Shown here: positions 30,001 to 43,900 of the stretch, in pieces | Layout: each line of letters starts with the position of its first letter | How positions within the stretch are numbered: the first letter of the stretch is position 1 | DNA from: Octopus vulgaris | Taxonomy: Eukaryota | Direction of reading: 5' to 3' | DNA: 64,000 bases | NCBI GenBank assembly: GCA_951406725.2 | Contig: OX597830.1 | Coordinates: forward strand, 51,398,001 to 51,462,000 | The notes under the pieces: generated by a model | What the model saw: the letters and a program-made list of their open reading frames with translations, nothing else | Database searches by the model: none | Told to the model about the DNA's origin: nothing | Translations under genes and position numbers: made by a program

Positions 30001-33000
30001 AACAACAACAAGAGGACAATCAACAACAAAAACAATAGCAGAATCAACAGAAACAGCAACAAAACCAATAATGTTGACAACAGAACTAAGCAAAGCTTCA
30101 TCAGAACCAGTAACAAACATAATAGAACCAATAACATCCACCAGAGAACTAACAACCACAGCAAGAACAGCTACAACCACAAATAAACTAACAACAGCCA
30201 CAGCAAAACCAACAATGCCAATCACAGCAGAAACAGCAACACCTACCAAACCAACAACAGCATTAAAGGAAGCATCAACCTACGCAGAAGTAATAATACC
30301 GACCATAACGGAACCAACAGCTACAGAAGAACCAAGAACTGCCCAATCAACATCAAGTGCCCATATGACAATATCAACTATGACACTACCATCGACTATA
30401 ACTCCAGAACCACCATCAACGATAGAAACGTTCACAACTACAGATTCAGGATACACTACAGAACAAACAAGCAGTAGTGGCCAGACAGCAAACACAGCAT
30501 TTATTTCAAGAATCAGTGGACAGCCAGCATCAACAACCATCACTGGTCGAAATGTTACTACAACAGAACAAAGTACTATCAATATGTTACCTACACAAAC
30601 TATTCTGCAAACTAAAAGCATTACATTATCAACTTTGAGCACAGACGAGTCAGCAACAAATAATGAAGCAAGAACAGAAACTAAGGAACGAACAACAACG
30701 GCAACAGAAACACCAACACCAACAACAATATATACAACACAATCAAAACCAATTACTTCGCACCAACCGTCTGCTGCACTACCAGTGACAAGCACTGTGC
30801 AATCAAATGCAAACACAACACTAGCATCTCTAGATACAACATTAATCGCAAGGAAAACAACCACTAAACAATCCACAACATATTCTTCAGAAACATCAGC
30901 AGAAGTACCAGCGTCCACAACCCTTCCAACAACAATTATAAGACGACCAACAACCACCACGGATAAAACAACGGTCAACCAGCCGTCCACAAAGAGTACA
31001 CACCAAATTCTGAATGGTACACTGTCAACAACAATTACACAACAACCGATAACAAATACTACACTGCAAGCTACAATGACAATAGAATTAGGTAAAACAA
31101 ATCGTGTAAGAACACCAGAAGCAACAACAGAACCCACAACAGAACCCACAAAAATTACAGTGCCAACAAATACAACCGAACCAACAACAACCGCGCGAGT
31201 ACTGACAACATCCACACCAGAAACAACTACAACTGTAGCATCAGCAACATATGCAGAAGGAACGAAGCGTACCACCGAAGTAAATGTAAACACAACAGAT
31301 GCGAAGGCCCCCACCACCGTACCGAAACCAACGAATAGCACACCTGTAGTGACATCGGTCCTACTCACAGCTCTCATGACGAAGATGAAAGGAATCACAA
31401 CAGAACCAGCAATAAGTATATCAGAAGAAATAACATCCACAACAGAATCAACAACTACAACCACAAGAGAACCAATGACAACCACCTCACCAACAACAGC
31501 TGCAACAGTGCCAACAACAGCAATTACAGCAGAACCCATAGCAATAACCACAGGAAGAACAAAAACAGCCACAACACAAACAACAACAGAACCAAAACCA
31601 ACAAAAGCATTCACTTCAATGCCGACAACAAACAAAACAGAAGCGTCAATGACAAAAGAATCAACTACAACAAACTTGATACCAACAACAAAACCAAGAG
31701 TAACAACAGGACCAAAAACAACCACCGCAGAACCAACAATAACAACAAAACCAACAAAAATAACAACAAAACCACCACCAACAACAACAGAGCCAGAAAC
31801 ATCCACAACAGAAACAAGGACAGATACAATAGAACCAACAATAACAACAAGGCTAACAACAACAACAGAATCAAGAACAATCACAGTAGAACCAACAATG
31901 AGCACTTCAAGTTCAACAATAACCACAACAGAATCAACATCAACAAGTACAACACAACCAGAAGCAACCACAACAGAACAAACAACAATATCAACAGAAC
32001 CAACAACAACCACAACAAAACCAACAACAGTCACAACAAAACTAACAACGACCACAACAGAACCAACGACAACAACAATAACAGAACCAACAACAATAAC
32101 AACAAAACCAACAACAATAACAACAGAACCAGAAGCAACAAGAGAACCAACAACAATAACAACAAAACCAACAACAATAACAACAGAACCAGAAGCAACA
32201 ACAATAGAACTAACAACAATAACAACGGAACCAGAAGCAACAACAACACCAACAACAATAACAACAGGACCAGAAGCAGCAACAATAGAACCAACAATAA
32301 TAACAACAAAACCAACAACAACAACAACACCAACAACAATGACAACAGAACCAGAAGCAACCACAACACAACCAACAACAATAAAACCAACAACAATAAC
32401 AACAGAACCAGAAGCAACCACAACAAAACCAACAACAACTACAGGTAAAACAACAACCACTCGACAACCAACTGCAGACACAGCAGAATCAACAACAACC
32501 ACAACAAAGCCAAAAACTACCACAACAGAACCAGAAACAACTACAACGCGATCAACAACAACCACAACAGAACCAACAACAGTAACAATAAAACGGACAA
32601 TTATCACACCAGAAGCAACAAGAACCAAAACAGAACCACTAACAAGAATCACAACAAAACCACCAGCAACGGAAGAGACAGCAACCAAAGAAGAAACGAC
32701 AACACCAGAATCAACTACAACCACAACAGAACCAACAACAACCACAACAGAACAATCAACAACAACAACAACACAACCATTAAGTACCATAACAAAACCA
32801 ATTACATCCACAATAAACATACAATTAACAACAAGAGAGCAAAGAATAAATGCTACAGAGCCAAAAACAACCACAATTGAACAAGCAATCACAGCAAAAC
32901 AAACAACTGTTACGACAGAACAATCAACAACACCAACAACTAATACAACAACAAAATCAACAACAACCACTACAGAAGCAACAGCAACCACAACAAAAGC

Positions 33001-34918
33001 AACAACAGCGACAACAGAACAAACAACAGCCACAAAAGAACCAACAACTGCCGTAACAGAACCAACAATAACCGCAACAGAACCACCAACAACAACAACA
33101 GAACCAACAACTGCCGCAACAGAACCAAGAACAACCATAACAGAACCAACAACAACCACAACGGAACAAACAACAACCACATCAGAACCAGCAACCACAA
33201 CAGAACCAACAACAACCACAACAGAACCAACAACAACCTCAACAGAACCAACAACAGCCACAACAGGACCAACAACAGCCACAACAGAACCAACAACAAC
33301 CACAACAGAACCAACAACAACCACAACAGAACCAACAACAGCCACAACAGAGCCAACAACAACCACAACAGAACCAACAACAACTACAACAGAACCAACA
33401 ACGACCACAACAGAACCAACAACAACCACAACAGAACCAACAACAACCATAACAGAACCAACAACAACAACCACAACAGAACCAACAACAACCACAACAG
33501 AACCAACAACGACCACAACAGAACCAACAACAACCACAACAGAACCAACAACAACCACAACAGAACCAACAACAACCACAACAGAACCAACAACAACCAC
33601 AACAGAACCAACAACAACCACAACAGAACCAACAACAACCACAACAGAACCAACAACAGCCACAACAGAACCAACAACAACCACATCAGAACCAACAACG
33701 ACCACAACAGAACCAACAACAACCACAACAGAACCAACAACAGCCACAACAGAACCAACAACAACCACAACAGAACCAACAACAACCACAACAGAACCAA
33801 CAACAACCACAACAGAACCAACAACAACCACAACAGAACCAACAACAACCACAACAGAACCAACAACAACCACAACAGAACAAACAACAACCACAACAGA
33901 ACCAACAACAACCACAACAGAACCAACAACAACCACAACAGAACCAACAACAACCACAACAGAACCAACAACAACCACAACAGAACCAACAACTGCCACA
34001 ACAGAACCAACAACAACCACAACAGAACCAACAACAACCACAACAGAACCAACAACAACCACAACAGAACCAGCAACCACAACAGAACCAACAACAACCA
34101 CAACAGAACCAACAACAACCACAACAGGACCAACAACAGCCACAACAGGACCAACAACAGCCACAACAGAACCAACAACAACCACAAGAGAACCAACAAC
34201 AACCACAACAGAACAAACAACAGCCACAACAGAACCAACAACAACCACAACAGAACCAACAACAACCACAACAGAACCAACAACAACCATAACAGAACCT
34301 ACAACAACCACAACAGAACCAACAACGACCACAACAGAACCAACAACAACCACAACAGAACCAACAACAGCCACAACAGAACCAACAATAACCACAACAG
34401 AACCAACAACAACCACAACAGAACCAACAAAAACCACAACAGAACCAACAACGACCACAACAGAAACTACAACTGCCGCAACAGAACCAACAACAACCAT
34501 AACAGAACCAACAACAACCACAACAGAACCAACAACAACCACAACAGAACCAACAACAACCATAACAGAACCAACAACAATAACAACAGAACCAGCAACA
34601 GCCACAACAGAACCTACAACGACAATAGAACACACAACAACCTCAACAGAACCAACAACGGCCACATCAGAACCAACAACAGCCACAACAGAACCAACGA
34701 ACACCACAACAGAACCAACAACTGCTGCAACAGAACCAACAACAACCACAACAGAACCAACAACAGCCACAACAGAACCAACAACAACCACAACAGAACC
34801 AACGACAACCACAACAGAACCAACAACAACCACAACAGAACCAACAACAACCACAACAGAACCAACAACAACCATAACAGAACCAACAACAACCATAACA
34901 GAACCAACAACAACCACA
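2..34918 (+). CDS. Segment 1 (frame +2), 11,639 stop-free codons of mucin-type PTS sequence, 5'-partial
   Basis: ORF track 461..34921. The frame is also open upstream from base 2 (PRTSPQTSTTTPEST...), so the ATG at 461 is internal. It ends at TAG 34919-34921, which a 1-bp deletion would create (acc aca [a]ta gaa cca). Confidence 0.9.
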
Positions 34919-37900
34919 TAGAACCAACAACAACCACAACAGAACCAACAACAACCACAACAGAACCAAACAACAGCCACAACAGAACCAACAACAACCA
35001 CAACAGGAACAACAACAACCACAATAGAACCAACAACCGCCGCAACAGAACCAACAACAGCCACAACAGAACCAACAACAACCACAACAGAACCAACAAC
35101 AACCACAACAGAACCAACGACAACCACAACAGAACAAACAACAGCCACAACAGAACCAACAACAACCACAACAGAACCAACAACAACCACAACAGAACCA
35201 ACAACAGCCACAACAGAACCAACAACAAACAACAGAACCAACAACAACCACAACAGAACCAACAACAACCACAACAGAACCAACAACAACCACAACAGAA
35301 CCAGAAGCAACAACCACAGAACCAACAACAATAACAACAGAACCAGCAACAGCCACAACAGAACCTACAACGACAACAGAACCAACAACAACCACAACAG
35401 AACCAACAACAACCACAACAGAACCAACAACGACCACAACAGAACCAACAACAACCACAACAGAACCAACAACAGCCACAACAGAACCAACAACAACCAC
35501 AACAGAACCAACAACAACCACAACAGAACCAACAACAACCACAACAGAACCAACAACAATAACAACAGAACCAGCAACAGCCACAACAGAACCTACAACG
35601 ACAATAGAACACACAACAACCTCAACAGAACCAACAACGGCCACATCAGAACCAACAACAGCCACAACAGAACCAACGAACACCATAACAGAACCAACAA
35701 CTGCTGCAACAGAACCAACAACAACCACAACAGAACCAACAACAGCCACAACAGAACCAACAACAACCACAACAGAACCAACAACAACCACAACAGAACC
35801 AACAACAACCACAACAGAACCAACAACAACCACAACAGAACCAACAACAACCACAACAGAACCAACAACAACCACAACAGAACCAACAACAACCATAACA
35901 GAACCAACAACAACCACAACAGAACCAACAACAACCACAACAGAACCAACAACAACCACAACAGAACCAACAACAACCACAACAGAACCAACAACAACCA
36001 TAACAGAACCAACAACAACCACAATAGAACCAACAACCGCCGCAACAGAACCAACAACAACCACAACAGAACCAACAACAACCACAACAGAACCAACAAC
36101 AACCACAACAGAACCAACAACAACCATAACAGAACCAACAACAACCACAACAGAACCAACAACAACCATAACAGAACCAACAACAACCATAACAGAACCA
36201 ACAACAACCATAACAGAACCAACAACAACCACAATAGAACCGACAACAGCCACAACAGAACAAACAACAGCCACAACAGAACCAACAACAGCCACAACAG
36301 AACCAACAACAACCACAACAGGAACAACAACAACCACAATAGAACCAACAACCGCCGCAACAGAACCAACAACAGCCACAACAGAACCAACAACAACCAC
36401 AACAGAACCAACAACAGCCACAACAGAACCAACAACAACCATAACAGAACCAACAACAGAACCAACGACAAACATAACAGTACCAACAACAACCACAACA
36501 GAACCAACAAAATTGACATCAAAACCAACAACAATAACAACAGAACCAGAAGCAACAACCACAGAACCAACAACAATAACAACAAAACCAACAACAATAA
36601 CAACAGAATCAGTAGCAACAACAACTGAACCAACAACAACCACAACAGAACCAACAACAACCACAACAGAACCAACTACAACCACAACAGAACCAACTAC
36701 AACCACAACAGAACCAACAACTGTTGCAACAGAACCAACAACAACCATTACAGGACCAACAACAACCACAACAGAACCAACAACAACCACAACAGAACCA
36801 ACAACCACAACAGAGCAACCAACAACAACCACAACAGAACCAACAACAACCATAACAGAACCAACAAACACAACAGAACAAACAACAACCACAACAGAAC
36901 CAACAACAGCCAGAACAGAACCAACAACAACCACAACAGAACCAACTACAACCACAACAGAACCAACTACAACCACAACAGAACCAACAACTGTTGCAAC
37001 AGAACCAACAACAACCATTACAGGACCAACAACAACCACAACAGAACCAACAACAACCACAACAGAACCAACAACCACAACAGAGCAAAAAACAACCACA
37101 ACAGAACCAACAATAACCACAACAGAACCAACAACAGCCACAACAAAACCAACAACAACCACAACAGGAACAACAATAACCACAACAGAACCAACAACAA
37201 CCACAACAGAACCAACAACAACCATAACAGAACCAACAACAACCACAACAGAACCAACAACAGCCACAACAGAACCAACAACAACCACAACAGAACCAAC
37301 AACAACCACAACAGAACCAACGACAACCACAACAGAACCAACAACAGCCACAACAGAACAAACAACAACCACAACAGGAACAACAACAGAACCAACAACA
37401 ACCACAACAGAACCAACAACAACCACAACAGAACCAACAACCACAACAGAACCAACAACAGAACCAACAACAACCACAACAGAACCAACAACAACCACAA
37501 CAGAACCAACAACAACCACAACAGAACCAACAACAACCACAACAGAACCAACAACTGCCGCAACAGAACCAACAACAACCATAACAGAACCAACAACAAC
37601 CACAACAGGAACAACAACAACCACAACAGAACCAACAACCACAACAGAACCAACAACAACCATAACAGAACCAACAACAACCACAACAGAATCAACAACA
37701 ACCACAACAGAACCAACAACCACAACAGAACCAACAACAACCACAACAGAACCAACAACAGCCACCAGAGAACCAACAACAACCACAACAGAACCAACGA
37801 CAAACACAACAGAACCAACAACAGCCACAACAGAACCAACAACAACTACAACAGAACCAACAACAGCCACGACAGAACCAACATCAACCATAACAGAACC

Positions 37901-40900
37901 AACAACAACTACAACAGAACCAACGACAACCACAACAGAACCAACAACAGCTACAACAGAACCAACAACAACCACAACAGAAACCAACAACAACCACAAC
38001 AGAACCAACAACAACTACAACAGAACCAACAACAACCACAACAGAACCAACAACAGCCACAACAGAACCAACAACAACCACAACAGGAACAACAACAACC
38101 ACAACAGAACCAACAACCACAACAGAACCAACAACAACCACAACAGAACCAACAACAGCCACAACAGAACCAACAACAACCACAACAGGAACAACAACAG
38201 AACCAACAACAACCACAACAGAACCAACAACAACCACAACAGAACCAACAACAGCCACAACAGAACCAACAACAACCATATCAGAACAAACAACAACCAC
38301 AACAGAACCAACGCCAACCACAACAGAACCAACAACAGCCACAACAGAACCAACAACAACCCTAACAGTACCAACAACAACCACAACAGAACCAACAACA
38401 ATAACAACAAAACCAACAACAATAACAACAGAACCAGAAGCAACAACCACAGAACCATCAACAATAACAACAAAACCAACAACAATAACAACAGGACCAG
38501 AAGCAACAACAATAGAACCAACAACAATAACAACAAAACCAACAACAATAACAACAGAACCAGAAGCAACAACAATAGAACCAACAACAATCACGACAGA
38601 ACCCAAAACACCCACAGCGAAACCAACAGCAACAATAGAATCAACGAACACCACAACAGAACCAAAGGTAACCACAACGGCGCCTACAATAACCTCAAGA
38701 GAACCAACATTAACTGTCACAACAGAATCAAGAACAACAACTGCTGGACCAACAATGACAAGAGAACCAACAGCACCAGACATAAGAACAATTATAACAG
38801 AAGCAAAAACAACCACAACAAAAACAACAACTGCATCAAACCTAACAACAGCCACAATAGAATCTACAACAACATCTGAACCAAAATCAATAACATCAGA
38901 ACCGATAGCAATGACTATAGTACCATCAACAACAACCACAAGAGAACCAACAACAACAACAACAGAAGCAACAGCAATCACAAGAAAGCCAACCACAACA
39001 ACGAAAACAACAATAACAACAACAAAACCAACAATCACAACAGTACCAACAGCAGCTGTAAAAGAACTAACAACAACCATAACAACAGCAGAACCAATAA
39101 CAACAAAAACAACAAGAGAACCAAGAACAGCCACATCTGAATCAACAAGAACCACTGTAGAACAAACAACAACACACCTAACAACAACAACAATAGAACC
39201 AAGAAGAAACACAACAAAACTAACAAGAACCACAGCAGAACCAGCAACAAACACCACGGATTTAGCAGCAACATCACCAGAACCAACAACACAAACAGCA
39301 ATAGAGCAAACAACCAAAACAGAACCAAGAAGCACAATCGAATCAACAACCACAACAGGACCAACGACATCCACAGAAGAATCACCAAGAAAAACTGAAA
39401 CGGAACCAAGAAAGACAACAGAGGCAACAACAACGACGACGATGACAACAAAAGAACCAATAACAACAACAAGATCACCACCACAAACAACAACAAAATC
39501 AACATCAGCAGCAGAATCAACAACGACAATGGCAACAGAACTAGCAAGGTCCACAACGACAGCAGAACCAACAACAACAGCATCACCAATAAAAACGACA
39601 ACAGAACCAACAACAACAGCAACAAAACCAAAGACAACAGAATCAACAACAACAACAACAACAACGGCAAAAGAACCAACAATAACAGCATCACCAACAA
39701 AAATGGCAACTGAACCAATAGCGACATCGAAATCAATAATAACCACAGAACACACAACAGCGACAGTAACAGAATCAACAGCACAATCAAGACTAACAAC
39801 AACAATCACAGCAAAACCAACTACAAAAACAGTAAGATCATCAACAACACCAAAACCACCAACAACAATAGAACCAGTTACCACAATGATAACAAAACTG
39901 ACAACATCGACAGCAGAACCAACGACAACCACAATAGAACCATCAACAACTGTCCCAAGAACAGCAGTACCAGTAGCAAGCGACACAGAACCATCAATGG
40001 CAACTACGCTGACACCAACAACAAAAATCACAACTGCAAGAACTAAATCAACCAAAACAGAACCACTAACAGTAGCGACGACTCTGCCAACAACTTCATC
40101 AACAGAAACAGAAGCATCACCGACAACAGAACTAACAAGGACCACAACTCTACCAGCATCAACAACCACTGCAGTTCCCACTATAACATCAACGGCAGAA
40201 TCAACAACAACCATAACAGAACCGTTAACAGTAACCACATCAATGCAATCTGTCGCCGCAACAGAAACAGTGCCAATAACAACCACGGCAGAGTCAACTG
40301 CAACCACATTACTACATACAATATTAACCGCAACGAAATCTCCAGCAGCAGCAGCCACAACAGAATCAATAGCAACAAGAACAAGAGAAAACACAACAAC
40401 CCCATTAGCACCAAAAACGTCAGGCACAACAGATAACACGACACTGATAACAGATAGAGATACAAAAACCACAACAGTTCCAACAGACACAACTATAGCA
40501 TCTACAACATCCACATTTGTACCAATAACAACAACCGAAAATGTGCCAGCTTCAAGAACCCCTGCGAGAACCAACACATTACCATCAACAGGTGCCGCAG
40601 AGCAAATATCGAGCACAGCAAGACCCGGAACAACAACTAGACAAACAGTACCTATAACAAACAAAACTACTACAACAGTACCTGTGGCATCAACTACAAT
40701 AGCACCGACAACCTCAACAACTGTACCCACAACAGCAACAATTGTAGCCACGACAACAACCACAACATTACCAAAAACAACATTATCACAAACAAGGACT
40801 GCAATTGAATCAACAACCACTAGCAAAGCAGAACCAACAATAACCGCTGCTGAATCAAAAACGTCGATCAGAACAGACGCAAATGCAACAATCACAAATG

Positions 40901-43900
40901 TACCAACCACATCAACGACAGCACTACCGACCACTGCAACAGCAACAAACACTAAGTTTCCTACAGCAAACAAAACAGTAACGGAAATAAAAACCACAAC
41001 AGAACTGGGAACAGGAACCATAACAGAACCAACAACCACAGCAATACCGACTACAAACACAACAGAATATACCACGTCTGCAACAGTAACAACGCCAACA
41101 ACAAAAACTGTGCCAATTACAATTAGCAAAACTCTTCCAACAACCACATCTACCGAAGTACCAACTATAACAAGTACAGCAGAGGCAACAATGTCGACAA
41201 CAGTGCCTACAACAACAATGGAATCGGAATCGACGTCAACAACATTGCCAATAAGCATTTTAACAGTAACCCCAGCAACAGAACGAACATCAACTTCTGA
41301 AACAGTACCAACGACAACAACCAAAACGAAACCATTAACAACTAGATCACAACCAACAACCTCCACAACAGAACCAATAACAACGGGACGAACAACAAAT
41401 GCAACCATACCAATTGCATCCACAGCAGAAACAACAACAACAGCTACAAAATTGTCAACAAAAACGCCAGCAGAAGCGTCAATGATTACAACAGAACAAA
41501 CAGCAACAACCACGACAGAACTTGCAACAACTACAACAGAACCAACAACAACAACACAAACAACAACAACAAAACATACAACAACCACAACAGAACCTGA
41601 AACAACGACAACAGAACCAACAACAACAACAACAACAACACAAACAACAAACCCAACAATCAATACAAAGTTCACAACCACAACAGAGCCAATAATCACA
41701 ACAGAACCAGCAACCACAACAGAAACCACAACAAAACCAAGTACCGCAGCGAAACTAACACCCACAACAGAAGCAACAACTACAACAAAGCACGCAACCT
41801 TAACAGAACAAATAACCACAACAGAACCAACAACTGCCAGAGAACCCACAACCACAACAGAACCAACAGCCTCAGAAAAATCACTATCCACAACAGAGCC
41901 AACAGCCATAACTAAACTAACAACTACAACAGAATCAACAGTCACAGCAGAACCAACAAGAGCAGCAAAAGCAACAACCTCCACCGAACACACAACCACA
42001 ACTAAACCAAAAACTACAAGAGAACAAACAACCACATCAGAAGTAACAGCAACAACAGAACCAATCGCCACAGCGAATGATACAGCCACAGCAAAACCAA
42101 CAACCACAGCACTACCAACAACCACAACAAAACCAACAACCATCTCAGAACCCACAAGGACAACGGAACCTAAGGCAAGAGAAGAAACAACCACAACAAG
42201 ACCAACAACAACTAGAAAAACAGCAAGAACTACAGCAAAACCAACAACTACAAAAGCACCAACAACTACAAGAGCACCAACAGTTACAGCAGCATCAATG
42301 AATATAACAAAGCCAACTATAACTACAGAAGCGACGAGCACAAAAGAGCCAAAAACCATTACGGAATCCAGAGCCGCAACAGAACCAACAATCACAACAA
42401 CCACAACAGAACCAGCAACCACAACACAACCAATACCCACTACAGAACAAACACCCACAACAGCACAAACAGGAACAACAGAACCAGCAACAACTACAAA
42501 ACAAAGAATCACAACAGAACCAATACCCACAACAGAACAAACTACAACAACGGGACCAGCAACCACAACAGAACCAATACCCACAACAAAACAAAAAATC
42601 AAAACAGAACCAATACCCACAACAAAACAAAGAATCACAACAGAACAAACAACCACAACGGAACCAGCAACCACAACAGAACCAGCAACCACTACAGAAC
42701 AGAGAATCACAACTGAACCAATACCCAAAACAGAACAAACAACCACAACAGAACCAGCAACCACTACAGAACCAATACCCACAACAGAACAAACAATCAC
42801 AACAGAACCAATATCCACAAAAGAACAAACATCCACAACGGAACCAGCAACCACAACAGAACCAATACCCACAACAGAACAAAGAATCACAACAGAACCA
42901 ATACCCACAATAGAACAAAGAATCACAACAGAACCAATACCCACAACAGAACAAACAGCCACAACGGAACCAGCAACCACAACAGAACAAATATCCACAA
43001 CAAAACAAACAAACACAATAGAACCAGCAAACACTACAGAACCAGTTCCCACAACAGAACAAAGACTCACAACAGAACCAATACACACAACAGAACAAAG
43101 AGCCACAACAGAACCCGCAACCACTAGAGAAACAATACCTACAACAGAACAAAGAATCACAACAGAACCAATACCCACAACAGAACAAACAACCACAGCA
43201 GAACAAGCAACCACAACAGAACCAATACCCACAACAGAACAAACAACCACAACGGGACCAGCAACCACAACAGAACCAATACCCACAACAAAACAAAGAA
43301 TCACAACAAAACCAATACCCACAACAAAACAAAGAATCACAACAGAACAAACAACCACAACGGAACCAGCAACCACAACAGAACCAGCAACCACTACAGA
43401 ACAGAGAATCACAACTGAACCAATACCCACAACAGAACAAACAACCACAACAGAACCAGCAACCACAACAGAACCAGCAACCGCTAGAGAACAGAGAATC
43501 ACAACTGAACCAATACCCACAACAGAACAAACAACCACAACAGAACCAGCAACCACTACAGAACCAATACCCACAACAGAACAAACAATCACAACAGAAC
43601 CAATATCCACAAAAGAACAAACATCCACAACGGAACCAGCAACCACAACAGAACCAATACCCACAACAGAACAAAGAATCACAACAGAACCAATACCCAC
43701 AATAGAACAAAGAATCACAACAGAACCAATACCCACAACAAAACAAAGAATCACAACAGAACCAATACCCACAACAAAACAAAGAATCACAACAGAACAA
43801 ACAACCACATCGGAACCAGCAACCACAACAGAACCAGCAACCACTACAGAACAGAGAATCACAACTGAACCAATACCCACAACAGAAAAAAGAATCACAA

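Larger units (their letters stand above)
33010..38400 (+). repeat. 21-bp (7-aa) minisatellite array B: EPTTTTT (variants EPTTATT, EPTTTIT, GPTTATT)
   Basis: Same unit as array A over about 5.4 kb. It contains four frame-switch sites. Confidence 0.95.

Noticed and set aside
22040-36263. Minus-strand Cys-rich (CCGCCWF)n and Leu/Trp-rich (LLVLLWL)n ORFs resembling metallothionein or keratin-associated proteins
   Set aside because: These are alternative frames of the T-free 21-bp unit, open only because the minus strand lacks A. They have no independent start context or unique sequence.
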